64,000 nt of DNA from Scyliorhinus canicula (GCF_902713615.1 NC_052176.1:10926243-10990242), one strand, 5' to 3'; shown: positions 1 to 14,662, numbered from the stretch's first letter. Notes: generated by a model from the sequence alone, not told the origin. Numbers and translations are program-made.

Positions 1-522
1 GAGATGGATGGGCCTCAGATCAAAGTTCTCAACTGGAGGAAGTCTGATTTTAATACGATCAGATATGATTTGGCCAGAGTGGATAGGGAGCAGACACCTT
101 TAGATAAATCTGTGACAGAACAGTGGGACACATTCAACAAGGAAATAGGGAGAGTACAGGGCCAACATGTTCCAATCAAGAAAAGGGTGGGACCAACAAA
201 TCCATTCAACCATGGATATTGAGGGATATACAGCGTTAGATAAGTAGAAAAGGGGAGGCTTGTGGGAGATATCGAGGATTCAACAGAACAGAAGCATGAG
301 AGGTGTACAGAATGTGCCAGAGGGAACTTCAAACAGAAATTCAGAGAGCAAAAAGGGGATATGAAAGGATACTGGCAGGTAAAATGAATTTATTTTACAA
401 ATACATTCAGAGTAAAACGATAATTCGGGACAGAGTAGGGCCCATGACAGAGCACAGTGGAAACTTATGTGTGGAACCGGAGTGTTCAAAATGAGTATTT
501 TGTGTCAGTGTTCACTATGGAG
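1..522 (+). mobile_element. CR1-type LINE ORF2 fragment (degraded)
   Basis: Broken ORFs KVLNWRKSDFNTIRYDLARVD and EIQRAKRGYE...FYKYIQSK resemble the endonuclease-RT linker of CR1 elements; stops and frameshifts present. Confidence 0.75.
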
Positions 523-565
523 GTTTGTCCTCGAACTCGCCATGCTTAATCTTCAAATGTCAAAT

Positions 566-740
566 GGGTTAGGTGGATTGGCCATGCTAAATTGCCCGTA
601 GTGTCCTAATAAAAAAAGTAAGGTTAAGGGGGGGTTGTTGGGTTACGGGTATAGGGTGGATACGTGGGTTTGAGTAGGGTGATCATGGCTCGGCACAACA
701 TTGAGGGCCGAAGGGCCTGTTCTGTGCTGTACTGTTCTAT
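566..740 (+). mobile_element. HE1/V-SINE-like SINE, 3' half
   Basis: gggttaggtggattggccatgctaaattgccc core and gggccgaagggcctgttctgtgctgtactgttctat tail, shared with full copies in this window. Confidence 0.85.
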
Positions 741-964
741 TTTGAAGGTTTTAAACTTTCATTTGCCAGTAATTCCCTGAATGTAACACCCATGAACCTT
801 GAATCCTGATTCCAGTGGCACAATTTATAAACACACCCCTCAAATAACCATCTTTGTGCTGCTTTGTTCCTGTTTTCAGCTTCTTCATGGTTTGTTCACA
901 GAGGCCCTGGAGTTCACAACAGCACAGCTGGCAGGAGCAAAATGGAGGAATCTGTCACGCACGC

Positions 965-1281
965 AGAACACATAGAACATAGAACAGTACAGCACAGATC
1001 AGGCCCTTCGGCCCTCGATGTTGTGCCGACCAATGATCACCCTACTTAAACCCACGTAACCCGTATACCCATAACCCAACAATTAACCTTACACTACGGG
1101 CAATTTAGCATGGCCAATCCACCTAACCCGCACATCTTTGGACTGTGGGAGGAAACCGGAGCACCCGGAGGAAACCCACGCACACACGGGGAGGACGTGC
1201 AGACTCCACGCAGACAGTGACCCAGCCGGGAATCGAACCTGGGACCCTGGAGCTGTGAAGCATTGATGCTAACCACCATGC
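965..1281 (-). mobile_element. HE1/V-SINE-like SINE
   Basis: Reverse complement of the 2006-2311 element: tRNA-like head with B box GGTTCGATTCC, central core, (tatgttc)n tail. Confidence 0.9.
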
Positions 1282-2005
1282 ACGTGACGTTAGCGTGCGG
1301 GGCGGTGACCTGCCCTCTGCCACTACTTCCGGTGGGAGCTCTACAGAATTTTCTGAAACAACCTGGCCTGGGACAGCGCACTGACATCAGGAGGAGCCAG
1401 TCCACCTTGCTCGGCTCTGGGCCTGTGCAATACCTTACAAGGCCGGCATGCAGGGAATGGCTGAAATATCAAACGGCCATCCTGATCGGCATTTGTAAAT
1501 ACCCGTCGTGACCAATGGCCATTCCTCCTGTGATGTGGATCACCGTCATCCTCCTGAAACCTTGACGAGATCCACCCACAGGTCACGACCCTGAGCTTGA
1601 AAACTCCGGGCCGATGGTACCCTTGTCTCTATTAGCCAAGGCACACAGTTTAAGAAAAGGCAGGTTATGCTGGAACTGAGTAAAACATTGGTTAGGCCGC
1701 ACAGAGTAATACTCACACTCACAAAGTATCAGAGAGTGAGTAAATCCCACACACACACTGTATCAGAGAGTGAGTAACTCCCACACTCACACACTGTATC
1801 AGAGTGTGAGTAAATGGCACACACACACGCTGTATCAGAGAGTGAGTAAATCCCACACACACACTGTGTCAATGAGTGAGTACATCCCACACTGTCACAC
1901 TGTATCAGAGAGTGAGTAAATCCCACACTCACACACTGTATCAGAGAGTGAGTAAATTCCACACACACACTGTGTCAATGAGTGAGTACATCACGGTACA
2001 TCCGT

Positions 2006-2311
2006 GGGGCCTCACGGTAGCATGGTGGTTAGCATCAATGCTTCACAGCTCCAGGGTCCCAGGTTCGATTCCCGGCTGGGTCACTGTCTGTGTGGAGTCT
2101 GCACGTCCTCCCTGTGTGTGCGTGGGTTTCCTCCGGGTGCTCCGGTTTCCTCCCACAGTCCAAAGATGTGCGGGTTAGGTGGATTGGCCATGCTAAATTG
2201 CCCGTAGTGTAAGGTTAATGGGGTATACGGGTTACGTGGGTTTAAGAGGGTGATCATTGCTCGGCACAACATCGAGGGCTGAAGGGCCTGTTCTGTGCTG
2301 TACTGTTCTAT
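2006..2311 (+). mobile_element. HE1/V-SINE-like SINE inserted in the satellite
   Basis: Near full-length SINE; GTACATC occurs on both sides, matching the interrupted monomer. Confidence 0.9.
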
Positions 2312-5300
2312 GTACATCCCACACTGTCACACTGTATCAGAGAGTGAGTAAATCCCACACACGCTGTATCAGAGAGTGAGTAAATACCACAGTCACACTG
2401 TATAGAGAGTGAGTAAATTACACACTCACATTATCAGAGAGTGAGTAAATTCCACACGCACACACTGTATCAGAGAGTGAATAAATCCCACACTCACACA
2501 CTGTATCAGAGAGTGAGTAAATTGCACACACACTGTATCAGAGAGTGAGAAAATCCCACACTCTCACACTGTATCAGAGAGTGAGAAAATCACACACTCA
2601 CGCACTAATTCAGAGAGTGAGTAAATCCCACACTCACACACTGTATCAGAGAGTGAGAAAATCTCACACTCACGCACTAATTCAGAGAGTGAGTAAATCC
2701 CACACTCTCTCACTAGCAGAGAGTGAGTAAATCCCACACTCTCACACTGTATCAGAGTGAGTAAATCCCACACTCACACTATCAGTGAGTGTGCAAATCC
2801 CACACTCACGCACTAACAGATTGTGAGGAAATCCAGCACTGACACACCACCAGAGAGTAAGTAAATCCCACACTCTCACACTATCACAGAGTGAGTAACA
2901 TCCACATGCACACACTGTATCAGAGAGTGAGTAAATCCCACACTCATACACTATGAGAGAGTGAGTAAATCCCACACGCACACACTGTATCAAAGTGAGT
3001 AAATCCCACACACACACTGTATCAGAAAGTGAGTAAATCCCACACTCATACACACTGTATCAGTGAGTGAGCAAATGCCACACTCACGCACTAACAGAGA
3101 GTGAGTAAATCCCTCATTCACACACTGGAACAGAGCGGGTAAATCCCACACTCGCACATTGAAGAACGGAGTGATTAAATCACACACACACTGTATCAGA
3201 GTGCAAATCCCACATTCCACACTGTATCAGAGAGTGAGTAAATCCCACACACTCACACTGTATCAGAGAGTGAGTAAATCCCACAGACTCGCACTCAATC
3301 AGAGAGTGAGTACATCCCACACTCACACTAGCAGAGAGTGAGTAAATCCCACACTCTCACAATGTATCAGAGTGTAAGTAAATACCACACTCGCACACTT
3401 TATCAGAGAGTGAGTAAATCCCACACTCACACACACACTATCAGAGTGAGTAAATACCACACTCGCACACTTTATCAGAGAGTGAGTAAATCCCACACTC
3501 TCACACTGTATCAGAGAGTGAGTAAATCCCACACTCACACTATCAGTGAGTGTGCAAATCCCACACTCACGCACTAACAGATTGTGAGAAAATCCAGCAC
3601 TGACACACTACCAGAGAGTAAGTAAATCCCACACTCTCACACTATCACAGAGTGAGTAACATCCACATGCACACACTGTATCAGAGAGTGAGTAAATCCC
3701 ACACTCATACACTATGAGAGAGTGAGTAAATCCCACACGCACACACTGTATCAAAGTGAGTAAATCCCACACACACACTGTATCAAAGTGAGTAAATCCC
3801 ACACTCATACACACTGTATCAGTGAGTGAGCAAATGCCACACTCACGCACTAACAGAGAGTGAGTAAATCCCACATTCACACACTGGATCAGAGCGGGTA
3901 AATCCCACACTCGCACATTGAAGAACGGAGTGATTAAATCACACACACACTGTATCAGAGTGCAAATCCACACTCACACTGTATCAGAGAGTGAGTAAAT
4001 CCCACACACTCACACTGTATCAGAGAGTGAGTAAATCCCACAGACTCACACTCAATCAGAGAGTGAGTACATCCCACACTCACACTAGCAGAGAGTGAGT
4101 AAATCCCACACTCTCACAATGTATCAGAGAGTGAGTAAATATCACACTCGCACACTTTATCAGAGAGTGAGTAAATCCCACACTCACACACACTATCAGA
4201 GTGAGTAAATACCACACTCGCACACTTTATCAGAGAGTGAGTAAATCCCACACTCTCACACTGTATCAGAGAGTGAGTAAATCCCACACTCACACTGTAT
4301 CAGAGAGTGAGTAAATCACTCACTCATACACTGTATCAGAGAGTGAGTAAATCCCACACTCATACACACTCTATCAGTGAGTGAGAAAATCCCACATTCA
4401 CGCACTAACAGAGAGTGAGTAAATCCTGCACTGACACACTACCAGAGAGTGAGTAAACCCCACACTCACACACTGGATCAGAGCGGGTAAATCCCACACT
4501 CGCACATTGTTGAACGGAGTGATTAAATCACACTCCGCACTGTATCAGAGAGTGAGTAAATCGCACACTCACACACTGTATCAGAGAGTGAGTAAATCCC
4601 ACTCACACACTGTATCAGAGAGTGAGTAAATCCCACACTCACTGTATCAGAGAGTGAGTAAATCCCACACTCACACTGTGTCAATGAGTGAGTACATCCC
4701 ACACTCTCACACTGTATCAGAGAGTGAGTAAATCCCACACACACTGTATCAGAGAGTGAGTAAATACCACACACACACTGTGTCAATGAGTGAGTACATC
4801 CCACACTCTCACACTGTATCAGAGAGTGAGTAAATCCCACACACACTGTATCAGAGAGTGAGTAAATACCACAGTCACACTGTATAGAGAGTGAGTAAAT
4901 CCCACACTCACACTGTATCAGAGAGTGAATAAATCCCACACTCACACACTGTATCAGAGAGTGAGTAAATGGCACACACACTGTATCAGAGAGTGAATAA
5001 ATCCCACACTCACACACTGTATCAGAGAGTGAGTAAATGGCACACACACTGTGTCAGAGAGTGAGTAAATCCCATACTCACACACTGTATCAAAGAGTGA
5101 GAAAATCCCACACTCTCACACTGTATCAGAGAGTGAGAAAATCCCACACTCTCACACTGTATCAGAGAGTGAGTAAATGGCACACACACTGTATCAGAGA
5201 GTGAATAAATCCCACACTCACACACTGTATCAGAGAGTGAGTAAATGGCACACACACTGTGTCAGAGAGTGAGTAAATCCCATACTCACACACTGTATCA

Positions 5301-8300
5301 AAGAGTGAGAAAATCCCACACTCTCACACTGTATCAGAGAGTGAGAAAATCTCACACTCACGCACTAATTCAGAGAGTCAGTAAAACCCACACTCTCACA
5401 CTAGCAGAGAGTGAGTAAATCCCACACACACACACTGTATCAGAGAGTGAGAAAATCTCACACTCACGCACTAATTCAGAGAGTGAGTAAATCCCACACT
5501 CTCTCACTAGCAGAGAGTGAGTAAATCCCACACTCTCACACTGTATCAGAGTGAGTAAATCCCACACTCACACTATCAGTGAGTGTCCAAATCCCACACT
5601 CACGCACTAACAGATTGTGAGAAAATCCAGCACTGACACACTACCAGAGAGTAAGTAAATCCCACACTCTCACACTATCACAGAGTGAGTAACATCCACA
5701 TGCACACACTGTATCAGAGAGTGAGTAAATCCCACACTCATACACTATGAGAGAGTGAGTAAATCCCACACGCACACACTGTATCAAAGTGAGTAAATCC
5801 CACACACACACTGTATCAGAAAGTGAGTAAATCCCACACTCATACACACTGTATCAGTGAGTGAGCAAATGCCACACTCACGCACTAACAGAGAGTGAGT
5901 AAATCCCACATTCACACACTGGAACAGAGCGGGTAAATCCCACACTCGCACATTGAAGAACGGAGTGATTAAATCACACACACACTGTATCAGAGTGCAA
6001 ATCCCACATTCCACACTGTATCAGAGAGTGAGTAAATCCCACACACTCACACTGTATCAGAGAGTGAGTAAATCCCACAGACTCACACTCAATCAGAGAG
6101 TGAGTACATCCCACACTCACACTAGCAGAGAGTGAGTAAATCCCACACTCTCACAATGTATCAGAGAGTGAGTAAATACCACACTCGCACACTTTATCAG
6201 AGAGTGAGTAAATCCCACACTCACACACACACTATCAGAGTGAGTAAATACCACACACACATACTTTATCAGAGAGTGAGTAAATTCCACACTCTCACAC
6301 TGTATCAGAGAGTGAGTAAATCCCACACTCACACTGTATCAGAGAGTGAGTAAATCCCACACTCATACACACTCTATCAGTGAGTGAGAAAATCCCACAT
6401 TCACGCACTAACAGAGAGTGAGTAAATCCTGCACTGACACACTACCAGAGAGTGAGTAAACCCCACACTCACACACTGGATCAGAGCGGGTAAATCCCAC
6501 ACTCGCACATTGTTGAACGGAGTGATTAAATCACACTCCGCACTGTATCAGAGAGTGAGTAAATCGCACACTCACACACTGTATCAGAGAGTGAGTAAAT
6601 CCCACACTCACACTGTATCAGAGAGTGAGTAAATCGCACACTCTCTCACTGTATCAGAGTGAGTAAATCCCACACACACACACACTATCAGAGCGTGAGT
6701 AAATCCCACACATTCTCACTGTATCAGAGAGTGAGTAAATCCCACACACACACTGAAAAAGAGAGTGAGTAAATCCCACACTCACACACTGTATCAGAGT
6801 GTGAGTAAATCCCACACACACTGAATCAGAGAGTGAGTAAATCCCACACTCACACACTGTATCAGAGTGTGAGTAAATCCCACACACACTGAATCAGAGA
6901 GTGAGTAAATCCCACACTCACACACTGTATCAGAGTGTGAGTAAATCCCACACACACTGAATCAGAGAGTGAGTAAATCCCACACTCACACTATCAGAGA
7001 GTGAGTAAATCCCACACTCACACACTGTTACAGAGAGTGAGTAAATCCCACACTCACACACTGTTTCAAAGAGTGAGTAAATCCCACACTCACACACTGT
7101 ATCAGAGAGTGAGTAAATCCTGCACTGACACACTACCAGAGAGTGAGTAAACCCCACACTCACACACTGGATCAGAGCGGGTAAATCCCACACTCGCACA
7201 TTGTTGAACGGAGTGATTAAATCACACTCCGCACTGTATCAGAGAGTGAGTAAATCGCACACTCACACACTGTATCAGAGAGTGAGTAAATCCCACACAC
7301 ACACTGTGTCAATGAGTGAGTACATCCCACACTCTCACACTGTATCAGAGAGTGAGTAAATCCCACACACACTGTATCAGAGAGTGAGTAAATACCACAG
7401 TCACACTGTATAGAGAGTGAGTAAATTGCACACTCACATTATCAGAGAGTGAGTAAATTCCACACGCACACACTGTATCAGAGAGTGAATAAATCCCACA
7501 CTCACACACTGTATCAGAGAGTGAGTAAATGGCACACACACTGTATCAGAGAGTGAATAAATCCCACACTCACACACTGTATCAGAGAGTGAGTAAATGG
7601 CACACACACTGTGTCAGAGAGTGAGTAAATCCCATACTCACACACTGTATCAAAGAGTGAGAAAATCCCACACTCTCACACTATCAGAGAGTGAGAAAAT
7701 CTCACACTCACGCACTAATTCAGAGAGTCAGTAAAACCCACACTCTCTCACTAGCAGAGAGTGAGTAAATCCCACACTCTCACACTGTATCAGAGTGAGT
7801 AAATCCCACACTCACACTATCAGTGAGTGTGCAAATCCCACACTCACGCACTAACAGATTGTGAGAAAATCCAGCACTGACACACTACCAGAGAGTAAGT
7901 AAATCCCACACTCTCACACTATCACAGAGTGAGTAACATCCACATGCACACACTGTATCAGAGAGTGAGTAAATCCCACACTCATACACTATGAGAGAGT
8001 GAGTAAATCCCACACGCACACACTGTATCAAAGTGAGTAAATCCCACACACACACTGTATCAGAAAGTGAGTAAATCCCACACTCACACACTGTATCAGT
8101 GAGTGCGCAAATGCCACACTCACGCACTAACAGAGAGTGAGTAAATCCCACATTCACACACTGGAACAGAGCGGGTAAATCCCACACTCGCACATTGAAG
8201 AACGGAGTGATTAAATCACACACACACTGTATCAGAGTGCAAATCCCACATTCCACACTGTATCAGAGAGTGAGTAAATCCCACACACTCACACTGTATC

Positions 8301-11300
8301 AGAGAGTGAGTAAATCCCACAGACTCGCACTCAATCAGAGAGTGAGTACATCCCACACTCACACTAGCAGAGAGTGAGTAAATCCCACACTCTCACAATG
8401 TATCAGAGAGTAAGTAAATACCACACTCGCACACTTTATCAGAGAGTGAGTAAATCCCACACTCACACACACACTATCAGAGTGAGTAAATACCACACTC
8501 GCATACTTTATCAGAGAGTGAGTAAATCCCACACTCTCACACTGTATCAGAGAGTGAGTAAATCCCACACTCACACTGTATCAGAGAGTGAGTAAATCAC
8601 TCACTCATACACTGTATCAGAGAGTGAGTAAATCCCACACTCATACACACTCTATCAGTGAGTGAGAAAATCCCACATTCACGCACTAACAGAGAGTGAG
8701 TAAATCCTGCACTGACACACTACCAGAGAGTGAGTAAACCCCACACTCACACACTGGATCAGAGCGGGTAAATCCCACACTCGCACATTGTTGAACGGAG
8801 TGATTAAATCACACTCCGCACTGTATCAGAGAGTGAGTAAATCGCACACTCACACACTATCAGAGAGTGAGTAAATCCCACACACACACTGTGTCAATGA
8901 GTGAGTACATCCCACACTCTCACACTGTATCAGAGAGTGAGTAAATCCCACACACACTGTATCAGAGAGTGAGTAAATACCACAGTCACACTGTATAGAG
9001 AGTGAGTAAATTACACACACATTATCAGAGAGTGAGTAAATTCCACACGCACACACTGTATCAGAGAGTGAATAAATCCCACACTCACACACTGTATCAG
9101 AGAGTGAGTAAATGGCACACACACTGTATCAGAGAGTGAATAAATCCCACACTCACACACTGTATCAGAGAGTGAGTAAATGGCACACACACTGTGTCAG
9201 AGAGTGAGTAAATCCCATACTCACACACTGTATCAAAGAGTGAGAAAATCCCACACTCTCACACTGTATCAGAGAGTGAGAAAATCCCACACTCTCACAC
9301 TGTATCAGAGAGTGAGTAAATGGCACACACACTGTATCAGAGAGTGAATAAATCCCACACTCACACACTGTATCAGAGAGTGAGTAAATGGCACACACAC
9401 TGTGTCAGAGAGTGAGTAAATCCCATACTCACACACTGTATCAAAGAGTGAGAAAATCCCACACTCTCACACTGTATCAGAGAGTGAGAAAATCTCACAC
9501 TCACGCACTAATTCAGAGAGTCAGTAAAACCCACACTCTCACACTAGCAGAGAGTGAGTAAATCCCACACTCACACACTGTATCAGAGAGTGAGAAAATC
9601 TCACACTCACGCACTAATTCAGAGAGTGAGTAAATCCCACACTCTCTCACTAGCAGAGAGTGAGTAAATCCCACACTCTCACACTGTATCAGAGTGAGTA
9701 AATCCCACACTCACACTATCAGTGAGTGTGCAAATCCCACACTCACGCACTAACAGATTGTGAGAAAATCCAGCACTGACACACTACCAGAGAGTAAGTA
9801 AATCCCACACTCTCACACTATCACAGAGTGAGTAACATCCACATGCACACACTGTATCAGAGAGTGAGTAAATCCCACACTCCCACTATCAGAGAGCGAG
9901 TAAATCCCACACTCTCTCACTGTATCAGAGTGAGTAAATCCCACACACACACACACTATCAGAGCGTGAGTAAATCCCACACACTCTCACTGTATCAGAG
10001 AGTGAGTAAATCCCACACACACACTGAAAAAGAGAGTGAGTAAATCTCACACTGTATCAGAGCGTGAGTAAATCCCACACACTCTCACTGTATCAGAGAG
10101 TGAGTAAATCCCACACACACACTGAAAAAGAGAGTGAGTAAATCCCACACTCACACACTATATCAGAGTGTGAGTAAATCCCACACACACTGAATCAGAG
10201 AGTGAGTAAATCCCACACTCACACACTGTATCAGAGTGTGAGTAAATCCCACACACACTGAATCAGAGAGTGAGTAAATCCCACACTCACACTATCAGAG
10301 AGTGAGTAAATCCCACACTCACACACTGTTACAGAGTGAGTAAATCCCACACTCAAACACTGTATCAAAGAGTGAGTAAATCCCACACTCACACACTGTA
10401 TCAGAGAGTGAGTAAATCCCACACGCACACACTGTATCAGAGAGTGAGTAAACCCCACATTCACACACTGTCTCAGAGAGTGAGTAAATCTCACACTCAC
10501 ACCCTGTATCAGAGAGTGAGTAAATCCCACACTCACACACTGTATCAGAGAGTGAGTAAATCCCACACTCACATACAGTGTCAGAGAGTGAGTAAATCCC
10601 ACACACACACTGTATCAGAGAGTGAGTAAATCCCACACACACACACACTGTATCAGAGTGAGTAAATCCCCCACACACACTGTATCAGAGTGAGTAAATC
10701 CCACACACACACTGTATCAGAGAGTGAGTAAATCACACACACACTGTATCAGAGAGTGAGTAAATCCCACACACACTGTATCAGAGAGTGAGTAAATCCC
10801 ACACTCATACACTGTCTCAGAGAGTGAGTAAATCCCACACTCACACTGTATCAGAGAGTGAGTAAATCCCACACTCACACACTGTATCAGAGAGTGAGTA
10901 AATCCCTCACTCACACACTGTATTAGAGAGTGAGTAAATCCCACACTCACACACTGTATCAGAGAGAGTAAATCCCTAACTCACACACAGTATCAGAGAG
11001 TGAGTAAATCCCACACTCACACACTGTATCAGAGAGTACGTAAATCCCACACTCACACACAGTATCAGAGAGTGAGTAAATCCCACACTCACACTGTATC
11101 AGAGAGTGAGTAAATCCCACACTCACACTGTATCAGAGAGTGAGTAAATCCCACACTCACACTGTATCAGAGAGAGTAAATCCCACACTCTCACACTGTA
11201 TCACAGAGTGAGTAAATCCCACACTCTCACACTGTATCAGAGAGTGAGTAAATCCCACACTCTCACACTGTATCAGAGAGTGAGTAAATCCCACACTCAC

Positions 11301-12127
11301 ACTGTTTCAGAGAGTGAGTAAATCCCACACTCACACACAGTGTCAGAGAGTGAGTACATCCCACACTCACACAGTGTCAATGAGTGAGTAAATCCCACAC
11401 TCACACACTGTATCAGAGAGTGAGTAAATCCCACACACACTGTATCAGAGAGTGAGTAAATCCCACACTCACACTGTATCAGAAAGTGAGTAAATCCCAC
11501 ACTCATGAGAGTGAGTAAATCCCACACTCATACACAGTGTATCAGTGAGTGAGCAAATCCCACACTCACGCACTGGATCAGAGCGGGTAAATCCCACACT
11601 CACACGTTGTAGAACGGAGTGATTAAATCACACACACACTGTATCAGAGTGCAAATCCCACACTGTATCAGATAGTGAGTAAATCCCACTCAACACACTG
11701 TTTCAGAGAGTGAGTAATCCCACACACACACACTGTATCAGAGAGTGAGTAAATCCCACACTCACACACTGTATCAGAGAGTGAGTAAATCCCACACTCA
11801 CACTGTATCAGAGAGTGCGTAAATCCCACACTCACACACTGTCTCAGAGAGTGAGTAAATCCCTAACTCACACACTGGATCAGAGAGTGAGTAACTCACA
11901 CACTGTATCAGAGAGTGAGTAAATCCCACACTCAAACACTGTATCAGAGAGTGAGTAAATCCAACACTCACACACTATATCAGAGAGTGAGTAAATACCC
12001 CACTCACACACTGTATCCGAGACTGAGTAAATCCCACACTCTCACACTGTATCAGAGAGTGAGTAAATCCCACACACTCACACTGTATCAGAGAGTGAGT
12101 AAATCCCACTCTCACACTGTATCAGAG

Positions 12128-13229
12128 GATTGATTAGTTAATAGAAAGCAAAGAGTTGGGATAAATGGTTGTTTCTCTGGTTGGCAATCAGTAGCTAGTG
12201 GTGTCCCTCAGGGATCCGTGTTGGGCCCACAATTGTTCACAATTTACATAGATGATTTGGAGTTGGGGACCAAGGGCAATGTGTCCAAGTTTGCAGATGA
12301 CACTAAGATGAGTGGTAAAGCGAAAAGTGCAGAGGATACTGGAAGACTGCAGAGGGATTTGGATAGGTTAAGTGAGTGGGCTCGGGTCTGGCAGATGGAA
12401 TACAATGTTGACAAATGTGAGGTTATCAATTTTGGAAGGAATAACAGCAAACGGGATTATTATTTAAACGATAAAATATTAAAGCATGCCGCTGTTCAGA
12501 GAGACTTCGGTGTGCTAGTGCATGAGTCACAGAAGGTTGGTTTACATGTGCAACAGGTGTTTAAGAAGGCAAATGGAATTTTGTCCTTCATTGCTAGAGG
12601 GATGGAGTTTAAGACTAGGGATGTTATGTTGCAATTGTATAAGGTGTTAGTGCGGCCACACCTGGAGTATTGTGTTCAGTTTTGGTCTCCTTACTTGAGA
12701 AAGGACGTACTGGCGCTGGAGGGTGTGCAGAGGAGATTCACTAGGTTAATCCCAGATCTGAAGGGGTTGGATTATGAGGAGAGGTTGAGTAGACTGGGAC
12801 TGTACTCGTTGGAATTTAGAAGGATGAGGGGGGATCTTATAGAAACATTTACAATTATTAAGGGAATAGATAGGATAGAAGCGGGCAGGTTGTTTCCACT
12901 GGCAGGTGACAGCAGAACTAGGGGACATAGCCTCAAAATAAGGGGAAGTAGATTTAGGACTGAGTTTAGGAGGAACTTCTTCACCCAAAGGGTTGTGAAT
13001 CTATGGAATTCCTTGCCCAGTGAAGCAGTTGAGGCTCCTTCATTACATGTTTTTAAGGTAAAGATAGATTTTTTTTGAAGAATAAAGGGATTAAGGGTTA
13101 TGGTGTTCGGGCCGGAAAGTGGAACTGAGTCCACAAAAGATCAGCCATGATCTCATTGAGTGGCGGAGCAGGCTCGAGGGGCCAGATGGCCTACTCCTGC
13201 TCCTAGTTCTTATGTTCTTATTTTCTTAT
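12128..13229 (+). mobile_element. 5'-truncated CR1 LINE (RT C-terminus, ORF 12218-13078, plus 3' UTR)
   Basis: LGPQLFTIYIDDL, KFADDTK, LVRPHLEYCVQFWSPY motifs; (tcttatgt)n tail; TGTATCAGAG on both sides. Confidence 0.93.
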
Positions 13230-14039
13230 GTATCAGAGAGTGAGTAAATCCCACACTCACAAACTGTATCAGAGAGTGAGTAAATCCCAGACTCTCACAC
13301 TGTATCAGAGAGTGAGTAAATCCCACACTCACAGTGTATCAGAGTGAGTAAATCCCACACTCACACAGTATCAGTGAGTGAGTAAATCCCACACTCACAC
13401 ACTGTATCAGAGAGTGAGTAAATCCCACACTCACACACTGTATCAGAGAGAGTAAATCCCACACTCACACACAGTATCAGAGAGTGAGTAAATCCCACAC
13501 TCACACACTGTATCAGAGAGTGAGTAAATCCCACACTCACACACTGTATCAGAGAGTGAGTAAATCCCACACTCACACACTGTATCAGAGAGTGAGGAAA
13601 TCAGACACACTGTATCAGAGAGTGAGTAAATCCCACACACACACACTGTATCAGAGAGTGAGTAAATCCCACACTCACACACTGTATCAGAGAGTGAGTA
13701 AATCCCACACTCACACACTGTATCAGAGAGTGAGTAAATCCCACACTCACACTGTTTCAGAGAGTGAGTAAATCCCATACGCACACACTGTATCAGAGAG
13801 TGAGTAAATCCCACACTCACACACTGTATCAGAGAGTGAGTAAATCCCACACACACACATATTTCAAGACACTCCTGTTCCTGAAGGAATCCCGCACTCC
13901 CGCACAGTCGCTCTGTGGTGAAGGATCCCTCTCACCGACGGCCAGGTGACATTTTCCGGTGAATCTTTGCACAAGGACAAATTGGGACTGGAGATAATCT
14001 TTCTGAAATGTATTTCCTCCTTGTCGTTAGGAGGTTTGT

Positions 14040-14194
14040 GATTGGTGGAAAATCTTAAATCTGATTGGTCTGTTTACTGATGCAACAAAAATTTTCAGAA
14101 CATACCTGGCTGTCCTCATTTTCACAATGTCCAATCACAATCATTCCTTTCCCCATTGCTCATTAGCATAGATGTGAGGCTCTGTCTATTTAAG
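14040..14194 (+). promoter_or_regulatory. H2B promoter: CCAAT boxes, octamer-like ATTAGCAT, TATTTAA
   Basis: GATTGG at 14040 and 14063, CCAAT at 14131, ATTAGCAT at 14162-14169, TATTTAAG at 14187; layout typical of vertebrate H2B promoters. Confidence 0.75.
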
Positions 14195-14238
14195 CAGCGC
14201 TCGGAAGGGGTTTGCTTTATTTCTGGGTGAAACTGAAG

Positions 14239-14625
14239 ATGGCTGACGAGAAGAAACAAACATCGAAACCAGATTCCAAGAAGGGAGCCAAGAAAGTCAT
14301 TAAGAAACCGGCAGTAAAGGGCGGCAAGAAGCGGCGAAGGTCGAGGAAGGAGAGTTACTCCATCTACATCTACAAAGTGATGAAGCAGGTTCACCCCGAC
14401 ACCGGCATCTCCTCCAAGGCCATGAGCATCATGAACTCGTTCGTCAACGATATTTTCGAGCGTATCGCGGGTGAGGCTTCCCGCCTGGCCCATTACAACA
14501 AGCGCAGCACCATCAGCTCCCGGGAGATCCAGACCGCCGTGCGCCTGCTGCTGCCCGGGGAACTGGCCAAGCACGCCGTGTCGGAAGGGACAAAGGCGGT
14601 CACCAAGTACACCAGCTCCAAGTAA
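14239..14625 (+). CDS. H2B: Histone H2B, replication-dependent, 128 aa
   Basis: [27 protein letters not shown]...[16 protein letters not shown]; intronless; ATG at 14239. Confidence 0.98.
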   Translation: MADEKKQTSKPDSKKGAKKVIKKPAVKGGKKRRRSRKESYSIYIYKVMKQVHPDTGISSKAMSIMNSFVNDIFERIAGEASRLAHYNKRSTISSREIQTAVRLLLPGELAKHAVSEGTKAVTKYTSSK

Positions 14626-14662
14626 AACTGCACAATGGACTGAAAACCACCCCAAACACAAC

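Larger units (their letters stand above)
1711..13859. repeat. Satellite array, ~34-38-bp monomer TATCAGAGAGTGAGTAAATCCCACACTCACACACTG, with higher-order repeats
   Basis: Hundreds of tandem monomers; diagnostic variant monomers recur in the same order at kb spacing. Confidence 0.97.

Noticed and set aside
1711-13859. CRISPR-like 36-bp repeats with a small hairpin
   Set aside because: No unique spacers, no cas genes, vertebrate context; it is a tandem satellite
1729-13949. Cys/His-rich ORFs (CECGIYSLSDTV, TLYQRVSKSHTH) resembling zinc fingers
   Set aside because: Translation of the 36-bp monomer; no C2H2 spacing, frequent frameshifts
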